Both the position numbers and the translations under genes were made by a program. A stretch of 64,000 bases of DNA from Octopus sinensis (Eukaryota). Numbering within the stretch: position 1 is the first letter of the stretch; every line of letters begins with the position of its first letter. Shown piece by piece: positions 27,057 through 39,883 of this stretch. Location: the NCBI RefSeq assembly GCF_006345805.1, contig NC_043014.1, forward strand, positions 52,700,001 to 52,764,000, given 5' to 3'. The notes under the pieces are model-generated. The model ran no database searches, was not told the DNA's origin, and saw nothing but the letters and a program-made list of their open reading frames with translations.

Positions 27057-29231
27057 CTAAGATAGACTGCAAAGAAAATTAAAAATATTCACAATGTCAT
27101 CTCTGTGTCCACTTTGGCATTTCAACTGAGGAAAACTTTCTAAATGTTTTGGAATTTCTATATCTTCATGGTTCCTGATCATAAAAATTTGACCAATTTT
27201 AGGTTGTCGATCTTCCATGATTTGTTTGGCATATTCAGTGTGGGTTAAAAACTCTGGTGATATAGTCTTTGAATGTTCTAAATAAATTCCAATATTGCAA
27301 CTGTTTTCTAATATGGTACGAAGGTTTACAGTTTTATATTTTCCCAATATATAGTCACGATTACCAAATGTAACTTTTAACCCAAAGTATTTGTCTAGAT
27401 TCATTCCAATGTTTTCAGCCAGTTCTTCAGAGTTTGGGGATGTTAAAATATAGATATCATAATGAAAGTTAGTTACGATGTCATTCTTTGAACATGCTAA
27501 CCCCGTTTTAGCATTGGTTTCAGAGCCAAATCCAAAACAAAGCTCATAACATTTTCTGAAGAACTCTTTGCTACAGTCAGGTTCTGTTTCTGTGAAATGC
27601 TTTCCTAAATTTACATAAATTTGTTTCATTAGCTTTACATCAACTTCATGGGGCTTAACTTCTGAAAACCTAAGACAAAGAAAAGCTTTAAAATATTGCT
27701 TATTTTTACAAAGGCTTCGTAACTTTCGTGATAATTCACTTTTATCACAATCCACGAGAAGTTTATTATAAAGTTCTTTATTATCACGGAGTTCCTCTAC
27801 TGACTCAATTAATTCCAACAGTTTTTCATTATACTCAATATACCCATGCTCATACACATCAGTCATAATATCCTTTATTCCCCAAATGTCTTTCAGCTTC
27901 TTCTGGAAAGGAAGAAATTCTATAGCAGATTTAATAGCAAGGAAGAACCTATCTGTTCCCTCGTCTCTAAATTCTCTTTTTAAGTCTTCATCATTTTCTT
28001 CGTCTGCTAGTATGAAATATAATCTTCCATACAAAATATGAAAACTAACGTCTCGTATTTTAATATTTGTTTTAAATTGTTCACAACACTCCTGGGCATT
28101 TTCGTATTCTTTCAAAGCCAAATATAACAAAATCAAATCGTAGAGAACAGCTGCATTTTCTGGAGAAAGTTTAAGAGCTTCTTTAAAGTGATATTCTATT
28201 TTGCCAATGAATTCATTCCTTTCCAATTCAGGAATAGTTCTAGGACATTTAATAAGTTTTCCAAGTGTATTTTCTTCCACAGAAAACTCCTTCTTTGCAG
28301 TGAAACATGTGAATTCTGGAATATGTATTTTTTGATAAGTTAATCCAAGATGATGATGAGAAAATGCTGTTGCATTTATTTCGATTGCTTTTACAAACAA
28401 TTCTTTTGCTTTATTAAACTTATATAAAGTCTTATAAAATTTAGCACACTTTTCCAAAACAAAACGGTCATCAGGGGAAAAATGAAGAGCTCTTTGAACA
28501 TATTTTTCACTGAATTCCTGATTCTTCAGAATATTACATTTCCTTGAAGGTCTCAATTTAAACAAAGCTAATAATGCTAACGTTTTCCCCATTAGGATCT
28601 TGTCAATACAGCGAGGAAAAGCACATCGTATTTTCTCTAAGTACTGTACTGCCTCTGTACTAATTTTGCGTTTTTTTTCTTCATCAGAGATCTTTCTTAA
28701 ACAACGATACTGTAACAAAGCTACACCAAATAGACATGAATAATTGTCTGGACAAACATTAGAAGCCTCTTTGTAAAGTAGGATAGCCCTCTCATAATCA
28801 TTGAATGATATTCTTCTTAAACAATAAGCAACATTCATTTTACCTTCTGCTTCTATCTGTTGGAAATCTTCTCTTTTTTCAAGATTGTTAAGATAAACCA
28901 TAACCTCTTTTAACTTATTCATATTTTTATTGTACAGATGAATGAATGCAAGATTGGTTAATGCCAAGAGGTTGTCTGGATTAGTTTCTCGAACTTCATT
29001 GGCTAATCTTTCAGCTTCAATATTCTTATTTAGCTCCCACTGAACAAACACCAAGGTATTCTTGTGGTGAATCTCATCTTCTAAACCAGACACAGTATCG
29101 TTACTTAATGAATTTTCCAGTTTTTTGTAAAGAGACAACCAATGATCTTTGGTGTAGTGAAAATATTCTCCCATTAAATTCGGAAATCTCTGAATTTTTT
29201 CTCTGTACAATTCTCTACTGCTTTCGTCATG
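27057..29231 (-). CDS. Copy B exon 2 (724 aa + stop): IFIT/TTC22-like TPR repeats plus C-terminal TIR-like domain (~27057-27467)
   Basis: IFIT-like motifs: NLLALTNLAFI, DYERAILLYKEA..CPDN..FGVALLQYR, AKFY, FSHHHLGLTY, YHFKEAL, FHILYGR. TIR-like motifs: FHYDIYIL, FGLKVTFGNRDYILG, ILENS. Polypyrimidine tract and CAG acceptor at 29232. Confidence 0.9.
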   Translation of the reverse strand, partial: HDESSRELYREKIQRFPNLMGEYFHYTKDHWLSLYKKLENSLSNDTVSGLEDEIHHKNTLVFVQWELNKNIEAERLANEVRETNPDNLLALTNLAFIHLYNKNMNKLKEVMVYLNNLEKREDFQQIEAEGKMNVAYCLRRISFNDYERAILLYKEASNVCPDNYSCLFGVALLQYRCLRKISDEEKKRKISTEAVQYLEKIRCAFPRCIDKILMGKTLALLALFKLRPSRKCNILKNQEFSEKYVQRALHFSPDDRFVLEKCAKFYKTLYKFNKAKELFVKAIEINATAFSHHHLGLTYQKIHIPEFTCFTAKKEFSVEENTLGKLIKCPRTIPELERNEFIGKIEYHFKEALKLSPENAAVLYDLILLYLALKEYENAQECCEQFKTNIKIRDVSFHILYGRLYFILADEENDEDLKREFRDEGTDRFFLAIKSAIEFLPFQKKLKDIWGIKDIMTDVYEHGYIEYNEKLLELIESVEELRDNKELYNKLLVDCDKSELSRKLRSLCKNKQYFKAFLCLRFSEVKPHEVDVKLMKQIYVNLGKHFTETEPDCSKEFFRKCYELCFGFGSETNAKTGLACSKNDIVTNFHYDIYILTSPNSEELAENIGMNLDKYFGLKVTFGNRDYILGKYKTVNLRTILENSCNIGIYLEHSKTISPEFLTHTEYAKQIMEDRQPKIGQIFMIRNHEDIEIPKHLESFPQLKCQSGHRDDIVNIFNFLCSLS

Positions 29232-31154
29232 CTGAAAGAAAAACAAAATAGTGAATATGTATAAAATGTGTATTAAAAAAAGCATCACCATTATCGTTGG
29301 CAAGATTCCAGGTTACTGAGACAAGGCTAAACCCTCCAAGTTAGATAAGGCTGATGCAGTGGAAGTTCATTTGGGGTTCCAGAGTTTGATGCCTTTCAAA
29401 AAAAAATACTGTCACCAGAAATGGAATTCCAGATGATAGCAGTTTTGTGGAAGAAGGATTGGTTTAGTACTCACTAACGTCTGTGTGTGTGCATGCATGA
29501 TTGCTACATGGCTCTGTATGTATGTAGGTCAGGGGGTCATTGAGTAGCGGAGTCTTGTAGAGGGTCAGCAACTATTACCATCATTTTTCATCAAACTGAT
29601 GCAACACTAGAAATACTTTCAATGGGATTCCAGAAAACCTTCTCTCATGTTTAAGAGACATGTTTTCTTTTTGGTCTTTCATCCAAAAATGTTATAGCTC
29701 CTCTCCCTTCTCCTCTTGCCATTCCTCATTACACTCTTGTTTTCAGTTTTCATATAATTCAAGGCTCTCACTTTACCACTACTACTACTACTGCCACCAC
29801 CACTGAGACCTCTGCTCTTCCATGCTTGTTATTTCTATCCATGCCCACCTGACTTACACATCTCTCCTCCTCCTCCTCACTTCATCATACTCTCTCTCTA
29901 CAAAGAAACTTATCTATTTCTTACAATACTTACCAATCTATACATCAAAATCAAAATTTTTTCAGTGGTCCTTAAAATATTATTGTGAATTCCAAATTTA
30001 CTATTTTATTACGTGGACCCCCCAAAATTCTTCTATGGACTCTCAGGGACCACATGGACCCCAGTTGAGAAGCACTACTCTAGACCATCATACAAAATCT
30101 TTACTTAGAAAGCATAGCCCCAGTCAAAGAGTCTGCCAAAGCAATGGATTAAACATAATTAGAACGAATATGAAGGATTCTCCCTGAAATTATTTTATGA
30201 TCCTTCAGATTAACCATCAGTTTTTTTAGTTTCTTCAAATGTCCACCAGGAAATAGATGTCTGACCAAAAACATTGTATAGAAATGTAATGTTAAAACTA
30301 ATCTACACACGTTCACTTATGTAGATACCACTTCTTCCAACTTTAAATTGTAATCGTCTTCATACATTTAGAAAGTGGGAATAAAACGATAACAACTCCC
30401 ACAAAAGTCTGGGAGTTAAATGCTAAACCTTTTGTCAGTGATAGACATGACTGCAATCTTTACTGTTTGGAAATGTGGGAAATCTTAAAATCATTTAAAT
30501 TAAAATCTAGTCTAGATTGGCTGCATTAAGAATCAAATGCCTACGTTTTATCTTTATAATTTCCTTATACTTTAAACCAGTTCTATAAACCAGTTTTGAG
30601 CACTATGTACATATCTATAATACTACAATATAGACTTTAATTAATATTAATAAGATTCATGGATTATATTCAAGTAGTCAAGCATATTTTAATACTATTA
30701 ATACTAATAACTGATCCTATTTAAGCTACTTTCGTGCACCCTTAGTCCTGACACCAAATACTGATGATTGTAATTTGATATGATTTATAACTTAATAACT
30801 TCATTCAATTTCCTACTAATCTTAGGTGGTCTCTTTATAATGTTTGCTTTTTCCTCCCTAGTTATGCCCTTTCTAATTCTTTATAATTTGTTATAATCCT
30901 TAAAATTCATTTACCATTTTTTAACGTTTACGGTCCCCATAATTTTTCATTATTAGTGACCTGACCCATCTTCTTGCAGGATTTCAATTCAGTTGCTTTA
31001 TTCTCCACAATTCTATGACAAAACTGGTTAATAGAAATGTTGGGAGGGTAACCAATGGGTCTCAATCCTCAGTGAGATTGGCAGACTGGGCGGAGGAGAC
31101 TGTTACTGAGGTCCCACGGTGAGGAAGGCAGTACCAGTAGGCATTGTGGAGTGC

Positions 31155-32475
31155 CTAGAACATGACGACACGCTATGGAACAAAGGAGCCAAATCAAACT
31201 GGGAATTCCAGGGGAATTTCCCTGCTTTCCGTTGATGGAAAAATCCTGGCCCACATCTTTTTCAATATTCTCATCAACAACATCTCCAAGAGCGACTCGC
31301 CTGAAGCCCAGTGTGGCTTCTGCCCAGGCCACAGCACCATGGACATGGTGTTTGCTGTGCGTCAAGTTAAGGAGAAATGTATTGAACAACGGATGGATTT
31401 ATACTCTGTGTTCATAGACCTGACCAAAGCTTTTTGGATCATGCTAACCAAGCATGGCTGCCCACACAAGTTCACCACACTGATAAGACTCTTTCATGGC
31501 AATATGAGCAGTGAAGTTTTTTTGCAATGGTGACCACACCAACTCTTGACATTGGGGCACGAAACAGGGCTGAGTGCTCACCCCCATCTTGTTCAATTTG
31601 TTCTTCACACAGGTCCTGCTTTACACAGTGAAAGACCTAAACCTGGGCATATACATCAAAATATCATTCAGACTGGTCTGTTTTTCCTCCTCCACTCACT
31701 CTCTGCTTGAACCAAGACACTGGAAAAGCTCATCACAGAAGCCCTATTTACAAATGACAGTGTACTTAGGGCACACAAGGAAAATCACCTGCAGACCATT
31801 GTTGATCACTTTGCAGAAGCATGAAAGCTTTTTGGACAGATCATCAGCCTTGACAAAACGGAGACCCTAGTCCAAGCAGCACCAAACACATTTCACTCCA
31901 GCCAAACACCACCATTGAGGGAGTCCAGCTTAAGTGTGTGGAGAGTTTCAGGTACCTTGGTAGCACAGTCTCAGCCGATGGATCATTGAACAGTGAAACA
32001 TTATCCAGAATCCGCAATGCCAGTTAAGAAGCACTTGGAAGACTGAAAATGAAAGTCGTCCAGCAGAAAGGCATCAGACGATCGACAAAGCTCAAGATCT
32101 ACAAGGCTGTAGTCATTTCTACACAATTCTATAGAGGGCAAGCATGGGCCCCCTGGCATCAGCACATCAAACAGCTGGAACAGTTTCACACAAGAGCATT
32201 CACTGGTAGGACAGTGTGACAAACCAACAAAAGTTTGTTCAACAAGCATTCAGTTAATGTTGCTGAAGGCTCAGTTATACTGGACTGACCATGTCATCAG
32301 AATGGCTGACAACTGTGTACTCAGACAGCTGTTCTACAGTGATTTCATGCAGGGCTCATACAAACCAGGAAGGCCTAAACTGAGGTACCAAGGCACCCTG
32401 AAAAGTAACCTAATTATCTTGAGACTAGCAAGAGAAAGACATCATAGGACAGTATCCAGCTCAATTCAGTCAATA
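31155..32475 (+). mobile_element. RTE-clade LINE remnant (unit 2 copy)
   Basis: Track translations identical to 3647-4969. Confidence 0.9.
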
Positions 32476-34113
32476 GACTACTGATGTGATATCTGTGTGC
32501 TTCCAGTTTGGGATTGTGAAGTCACATGTGCTCTCATCACTGTGAACACAGACTTTGTCATCATTAGATACCTATGGACTGCCTTTCATAAATTATTTTG
32601 TTTTCCTTTCCTCTGAAATTTTGCAGAGACTTTCACTATTCCTTGCATTCTTTTTGCTAAAGTTATTTTCCCTGTGTAATAATTAGCTGGATTGGCCTTA
32701 ATTAAAGTTAATAGTTTGTTAGTTCTCCAATAATTAACCAGAGCACTTTAATCATGAGGAATTAATTAAAAGAATAAGTCAAACTGGAATTTATTAACCA
32801 TATCATTCTGGTGCCCTAAACAATCTCACTCAGTAAAGGACTAATTTTGTCTTTTTGAGAACATCAGCAACTGGCTTTGAAAATGTTACGAGAGGGTCAA
32901 ACGTCATGCTTTTGGTACCTGATATATGTTGGGCTATAAGCCTGATGTGACCAGTACCAGCTTTTAGGAGTAATGCTGCAACATTTAATGACACCTTTAG
33001 AACTGATCTGCCATTTAGCTATTCTATAATTGACAACTTCTTTCTATTCTTCACTCGTGGAATTGACTGATTGTAGTACCATCCACTTTAAGGTAAGATC
33101 AACAACAAAAGTGTTCCATCGTGTGAGAGCTAAATATCACTTAATGTACACAGGTAAATGTACATTCTAGTTTTATATCTGTATACCAAAATACATTAAA
33201 TAATACACACACACACACACACAACAACAACTTTACCCATAGAAAGAGTGGCAAAATTACTTGAGTTTATGTGAAACTGGATCAACGTGTGGTGTTGTCC
33301 CAATTTCAGCCAGCCTCCAAGTGTGCACATCTGGAAGCCATTACACAAAAGTATATGAGATGTGAATATCGATCTATTTAACCATGTGACTTCCATATGA
33401 TTCTGACCATTTCTCAATCTTCTTTATTTAGTATTAATTCCAGTATTCAAGACATTACGTGTGCATGATTGCAGTAATATGTATGTTATGCATTGTACAA
33501 GAGAAATGTACATTCCCAACTGAAAGTAAAGAAAGAAAGCTAGCTCATCAGATCAGCAGAACATCATGGTTACAGCATAGTTCTATCAGCAGTTCAACTC
33601 TAAATACACACACGGAACTCATTCATTTAGAATTCTTACAAAAACTGGTATTGCAAATAGAGATGCTATAGAAACAATTCTAACTTTTAATTAGAGACAG
33701 GTAAAAGAATTGTCTCTGTCTTCTTCTTTTCATTGGTATATATATATATATATCATCATCATCATCATCATTTAGCGTCCGCTTTCCATGCTAGCATGGG
33801 TTGGACGGTTCAACTGGGGTCTGTGAAGCCAGGAGGCTGCATCAGGCCCAGTCTGATCTGGCAGTGTTTCTACGGCTGGATGCCCTTCCTAACGCCAACC
33901 ACTCCGTGAGTGTGGTATATATATATATATATATATATATTGCCCTCTAAAGAAACTGTCCAACATTTGAGTCGGTGTTTGAGGTATAAGGACACAGCTG
34001 TGTGCCGGAAGCCAGCTGAAAAACATGTTTTCCTGGGGATAAAAAAAGGTAGTAATATTGTCCTAATTGGGACTGCCAATTTACGTTGACAAATAGATTT
34101 CACTCCCTCCCTC

Positions 34114-34186
<73 letters not shown>

Positions 34187-34461
34187 ATATGGAACAAATA
34201 ATTCCCCAGGAATTTTCACACTGGTGACTGCCATGATTCGGTGCAAAACAAATCATGATGGGTTGGGGCTCTATATCATGGTAACGTATGCTGAGGAAGG
34301 TGAGACTATAATGCCAGTCTAGAAACCAGTCCATGTGAGTTCAAATACTTGAATGCATGCTGAGATTGTCTTAGCCCGTTTGCCTTTGGATGGTTGATTT
34401 CTGTAGTTGTTATCAGCAGGTAGACATACTTAGTATGTCCTTTGATTAATTTTAATACATG

Positions 34462-34537
<76 letters not shown>

Positions 34538-35896
34538 TACAAATATGGAGATAAAGGTTTTCAAGCACAGAATAATGCATGAAAAGTATCGTATCCTTAT
34601 ATTGCAGAAAAATTTGTCAGCAGCCAGCCATGAGACTTGAACACTCATCTCTGTGATTACCAGTCAAGCACTTTATCTTTAAGCTAAGATGCCCAGTGAC
34701 AAATTTTTCTGCAATTTTTAAACTTATAAACTTAGCTTTTTTATAGACGCTGCATGTGAAATTCAGATTACATTATATGTAAACAAAGTTTGCTTTATTG
34801 GAAGTGTTGAGATGTATTGAGACAGACACATATGGAGAGAAATATTTTCAAGTGCAGAATAAAGCATGAACAGTGTTAATAGCATAATATCGCTGTTCAA
34901 GCATTATTCTTAAAGGTAAAGCAAATAACTTTCACCCCTCTCTGTTCCCTTAATATAAAACTAACATTGGTTAAGGATTCCTATCATTCCTAGACAAACA
35001 CTTTTCAGCCACTCACAGATACAGGAAAATATTTAATAGGCTTTCTGTGAAATTATCATATAGCCCCAACTGCAACTGTCACGACCCAGGATCCTCTCCA
35101 CTTAACCAACGCTGTGCGACTAAACCTATCTTATATGAGGCAGAAGTTTCTGCAACCCGAAACAATAATACAACTGATGAGAAGACGTCTACTGGATTAT
35201 GTGAAAGAATTTAGAAATCACTCATGCCAGTCATATAGCCTCCTCCTCCTCCTGACATAGGGACAAAATGAAAACTACAAAGTTCGCTAGCTACGTATGG
35301 ACTTTGAAAGATATTGAAACACTTCATGTGATTAAATGGAAAGTAATCCATACTTGATGTGAAGGGATCGAATGAATGTAGACTTTGTTTGGCTGAAAGA
35401 GCACAGATCCTGTTCTGATCTAAGATCCTAACTCTCTATTGAACTCCAGGTCAGGAATTTTCACTGCTTGCATGCATATGTATAAATACATTTTAAAGAA
35501 TTGGAAAATTCTGCCTATTCCTGACCGACTTGATATCTTTCCAGCCTTATCCTTTAAGGTCAAAGGAGGAGGTTTGCTCTTTTACCTTTTTACTTTTTAT
35601 TTTGGACATTTTAGTTTCAGTTTTTCTCTTTTCCTTTTTCTCTCGTTTACTGTCTGTGTTTTCTATAAGCTGCCTTCTCAGTTTATTTTGCATTTCTTCT
35701 ATCATTCAATTTCTTTAGTTCGTTTGTGCCTGAAGGATATGTTTGAGTTCTCTCCACATATGAAACTATTAGTAGGGTTTTAATGCATCTATTGTGACCT
35801 TTAAATAAATAATATTTATCTCTCACCAGATGAAGTACTTTTTTTTGTTGAATTTTCTTCACGGATCAGTACATTATATATATATATATATATATA

Positions 35897-37166
35897 CGAG
35901 GGGCGTTCAATAAGTAATGCCCCTGACCCACTTGCAGTTGTTTGATCTAGCTGAAATTTTGCATGAGCACTTATTTATACCTCTATAGATTAAGTGGCGA
36001 ATTACAGCTCTGAACTAATTGTGGTTTCTGATTTACAGGTGTTTGAACTGAGTCAAGTGTGAAATGGAGCCTGTTGAGTGTCGAGCAGTAATCTGGTTTT
36101 TGTATTTGAAAGGACGCACACCACGGGAGACTTTTGATGAAATGGAAGTAACTTATGGTGATGATGCCCCATCATATGACCTTGTAAAACGCTGGCATTG
36201 TGAATTCAAACATAGTCGGAACTCTGTGGAAACAGCTCCCAGATCTGGTCGCCCCCTTCTGCCGTTGATGAGACGTCTGTCCGTCAAGTTGAGGCTGCCA
36301 TTTTGGAAGGCCAATGCATAACTATTCGCCAAATAGCCCATAAGGTCAAGATTAGTACCGGGTCTGTGGAAACTATCATTCATGACCATTTGCATATGCA
36401 AAAGGTGTCTGCCAGATGGATTTCCAGGTTGCTCACATCTTTCCAGAAGCAAGAATGCGTTGAGTGCTCGAGGATGAATTTGGAGATGTGCCAAGAAGAT
36501 GAGTCAAAATTTTTCAAAAGACTGATCACACAGGATAAAACCTGGGTCCATCACTATGACCCATAGACCAAAGCCCAGTCAATGCAGTGAAAGCACCGTG
36601 ACTCACCTCCTCCAAAGAAGGCAAGGGTGCAGCCCTCCGCTGACAAGGTTATGCTCACAGTCTTCTGGGACCAGGACGGAGTAGTGATGACAGATTTCCT
36701 GGCAAAGGGTACCACAATTACAGGAGCCTATTATGCTTCACTTTTGAGGAAATTAAGAGAAGCTATCAAAATCAAGAGGCGGAGCTAGATCAGCAAAGGC
36801 ATCCTCCTCCTGCAGGACAACGCTCCGGTCCACAACTCGCGTGTCGCCAGATCAGAAGCACAGGCGTGCAGCTATGAACTCCTCCCCTTGCACCCTCTGA
36901 TTTTCACCTCTTCCCAGCCATGAAGTTGATTTTGAAAGGAAAGCGTTTCCCAGATGATGCAGCCTTGATTTCTGAAGTCACGTCATGGTTGGAGGACCAT
37001 GCTGGGGTCTTCTACAAAAACGGTCTCCAGAGCTGTATCAAACGATGGGAGAAATGCATAACTCTGGGTAGTTCCTATGTAGGAAAAGACTAATAACTGT
37101 GCCAAGTTTTGTTGCTCTACTGCTATGGGAAGTGGGTCAGGGGCATTACTTATTGAACGCCCCTCG
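35897..37166 (+). mobile_element. Same mariner in unit 2
   Basis: Same TIRs and length; only two substitutions noticed versus 8397-9666. Confidence 0.95.
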
Positions 37167-37202
<36 letters not shown>

Positions 37203-38004
37203 TAATTACAACAAATATATTACATCTTGGACACAGAGTCTTCAATAACGTTTTTTGTTACTCCCCTGAATCAGAGGGTAAAATAAACCCTTATAGACCC
37301 AACGAGGCCTAACTAGGAAATGGAGAGATCCAATTTTCCAGTAAGCAGCACATGAAGTGGATGCGTTTAGAAAACACTTCTTTACAGCTAGTTAATGTGC
37401 CAGGTTTCTTATAGTCCTTAAGAATTTTGGCTCTCTCTGCAACGACCACTTCCATTAATATACAGGCCCCAGATGATTGATTAATTTCCACCTGATGTCA
37501 CATGGCGTCCCTTGTTCTTTGAGGTGCCAATGACGTGACAAACCGTCTTTCTGGGACTCTGATGGTGGTTAAGAAAACATTGCTTGAACAAAGTACTAGC
37601 AGAACCAATATATTTACACACATGGGGTGTAGTACTATTCACACCCTTGGTAATATATGGCATGGGTCTGGTCATCCCATCAGTGTCAAAGATAAATATT
37701 TGGTCATCTTCTGAGGTGGCAAAACTGGGAAAGGGGGATACCTCCTCCAAGCTGCTGGTCCTGAATAGGTCATTATTTCTAGGTGTGGTGTTTGTACTGG
37801 TGGTAACATACATTGTGGGCCTCGAGTTCTGAGCGTTTTCTCACGTCTGCGACATAGATATTTTAAATTTTGTATTTATGTAGAGTCTGACGAGCTGTCC
37901 ACAAGGCTTTGCTTTGTGGATGCAAAACCTTGCGTAAGTCTATGTCCAAGATATAAAATTTCTGCTGTAACAATTACTGCTCTATTCTTTAAAGTGTGCT
38001 TCTT

Positions 38005-38062
<58 letters not shown>

Positions 38063-38351
38063 TAACTATATAATCAATAAAAACATATATCAGAAAAGAA
38101 GCACATTCTAAAGAATGGAGCAGTAATTATGACGACAAATATTTTAATTTTAGACAAAGAGTTACCAAAGGCTGCTTATCCACAAAGCCAAAGCCTTGTG
38201 GACAGCTCATCAGACTAGACAAAGGCAAAAAACATTTAACTTTCTACGTGGCGGACGTTAAGGAAAAGCTCAGAAATCGAGATTTAAGTCTTAACATCTC
38301 AAAATGGTAATGAGGAAGGGTTGTCTCCCCTGAAGCAGAGGATTAAAAACA

Positions 38352-38471
38352 CCCTTACAGACCCGGAAAAGCCCTTAAAGACCCGAAAACGCCCTTACAG
38401 ACTCGAAAACGCCCTTACAGACTCGAAAACGCCCTTACAGACCCGAAAACACCCTTACAGACCCGAAAAGG
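38352..38471. repeat. 20-bp minisatellite, 6 units (copy B intron)
   Basis: Same unit as at 10824. Confidence 0.95.
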
Positions 38472-39165
38472 CCCAATCAGACAAACGGGGATCTCTAATT
38501 TTCCAGTTGTTTACACTTGAAGTGGACACATTTAAAGAAAACTTATTCTAAATAAATGTGTGTAAAGTGGATGGATTCTCTTCTCTTCCTTGTTGTTGAC
38601 TTTGCTTTTGTCAAGTGTCAGATATTTTTTCGTCTTCCTCGGCAATTCTAATGAGAATTTTATGACCAGCTCCGATAGTAAACTTTCGGGAACTTTATTC
38701 ATTCATGTTTGTTTTTTCTTGGTTAAAGTCAGTTAGGTGCAGTTGTTTCCTTCTTGGGGAGTTTCTGTCTACTAATTACTTCGATAATCTCAACAGACCA
38801 AAGGTTTCGTGCGTTCGAATGCGCAAAGGATGTGGATTGGTTATTTTGACATTTCAAACTTTTCTATGGCACTAATCCTGTTAGAAACACACGATTATTT
38901 CTTCCCACATACTTACACGCACCACATGTCTAGACATGCAAGTGTTATGCACAAAGATGCATACAAATGCCAAATCGGCACAATTTCCAGGTAGAATATT
39001 TTATCTGTCATTGCTTCGCAGCTGTTTTGATGGCGTGTTTTATGTGTTTCTTTCTTGTTTTCATCTGCCACGCACACTTTGATATCCAAGACCGACTTTC
39101 ATTCTGTTCACAGCTTCCGTCACCGACACACACACACACACACAGTCATTCACACACGTACACAG

Positions 39166-39234
<69 letters not shown>

Positions 39235-39435
39235 AATCTGTTTTATGCTTTATATGTTTTTGTTAGTATTGTTATATTTAAAGAATTATTGAAATAAACT
39301 TGTTATACATACATATCTATACACACATACATAGCTGCCTACTTACATACATACACACGTACATATACATACCTACACACTAAACAACACAGAGTTAATA
39401 TTTGTTCATGTTTGTAAATATGTTGATATACTTAC

Positions 39436-39486
39436 AAGTAGAATTCCATCAAATTTTTCAATAATTTCCTCGATTTCTTCAGCCAT
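39436..39486 (-). CDS. Copy B first coding exon, MAEEIEEIIEKFDGILL
   Basis: ATG at 39486-39484, GTAAGT donor at 39435-39430, phase 0; one L/F difference from A and C. Confidence 0.75.
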
Positions 39487-39837
39487 TTTCTGTCTCTCTC
39501 TTTTTTTTATCCTTTAAAGCAAATTTATAAAACTAAACAAAATAGTTTTCTTTCCTTGTTGTCGACTTTTTTTCTGGTATATTTTGCCAAAAAGAAAATG
39601 TAAATTTCTATAAATGATATATTATATATAAAAATGTTCAATGCAGTTGAATGTGTCCGATCAACAAATATTTTCTAACAACACAGTGAGTGTCTCTTCC
39701 CAGAAACGAAACCCGATTGCAATATTGGATACTGTGAACGGATTCGAAAAATATAGTTGGACTGAAGAAGTGAGACAACTGAAGAATTAGTAAAAACTGT
39801 TTTAACGAAACTTAGAGAATGGCAGAAGTAAACGATG

Positions 39838-39883
39838 TGAAAGTGTGAAAGTGAAAGTTTTGTAGAAAAGAAAATCACTTCCG
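39838..39883. promoter_or_regulatory. ISRE/IRF-E-like plus ETS-like motifs upstream of copy B
   Basis: GAAAGTGAAAGT at 39847-39858; CACTTCCG at 39876-39883. Confidence 0.55.

Larger units (their letters stand above)
1..27504. repeat. Tandem duplication unit 1 (phase set arbitrarily by the window start)
   Basis: Position 1 matches 27505 and 54327; the whole ORF track recurs with this period. Confidence 0.95.

Noticed and set aside
29232-29303. Hydrophobic N-terminus MPTIMVMLFLIHILYIFTILFFFQ as a signal peptide or membrane anchor (also 56054-56125 and 1728-1799)
   Set aside because: It starts at TTG and translates the T-rich polypyrimidine tract ending in a canonical CAG; an in-phase upstream exon exists. 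An intron-retained isoform is not excluded but has no support.
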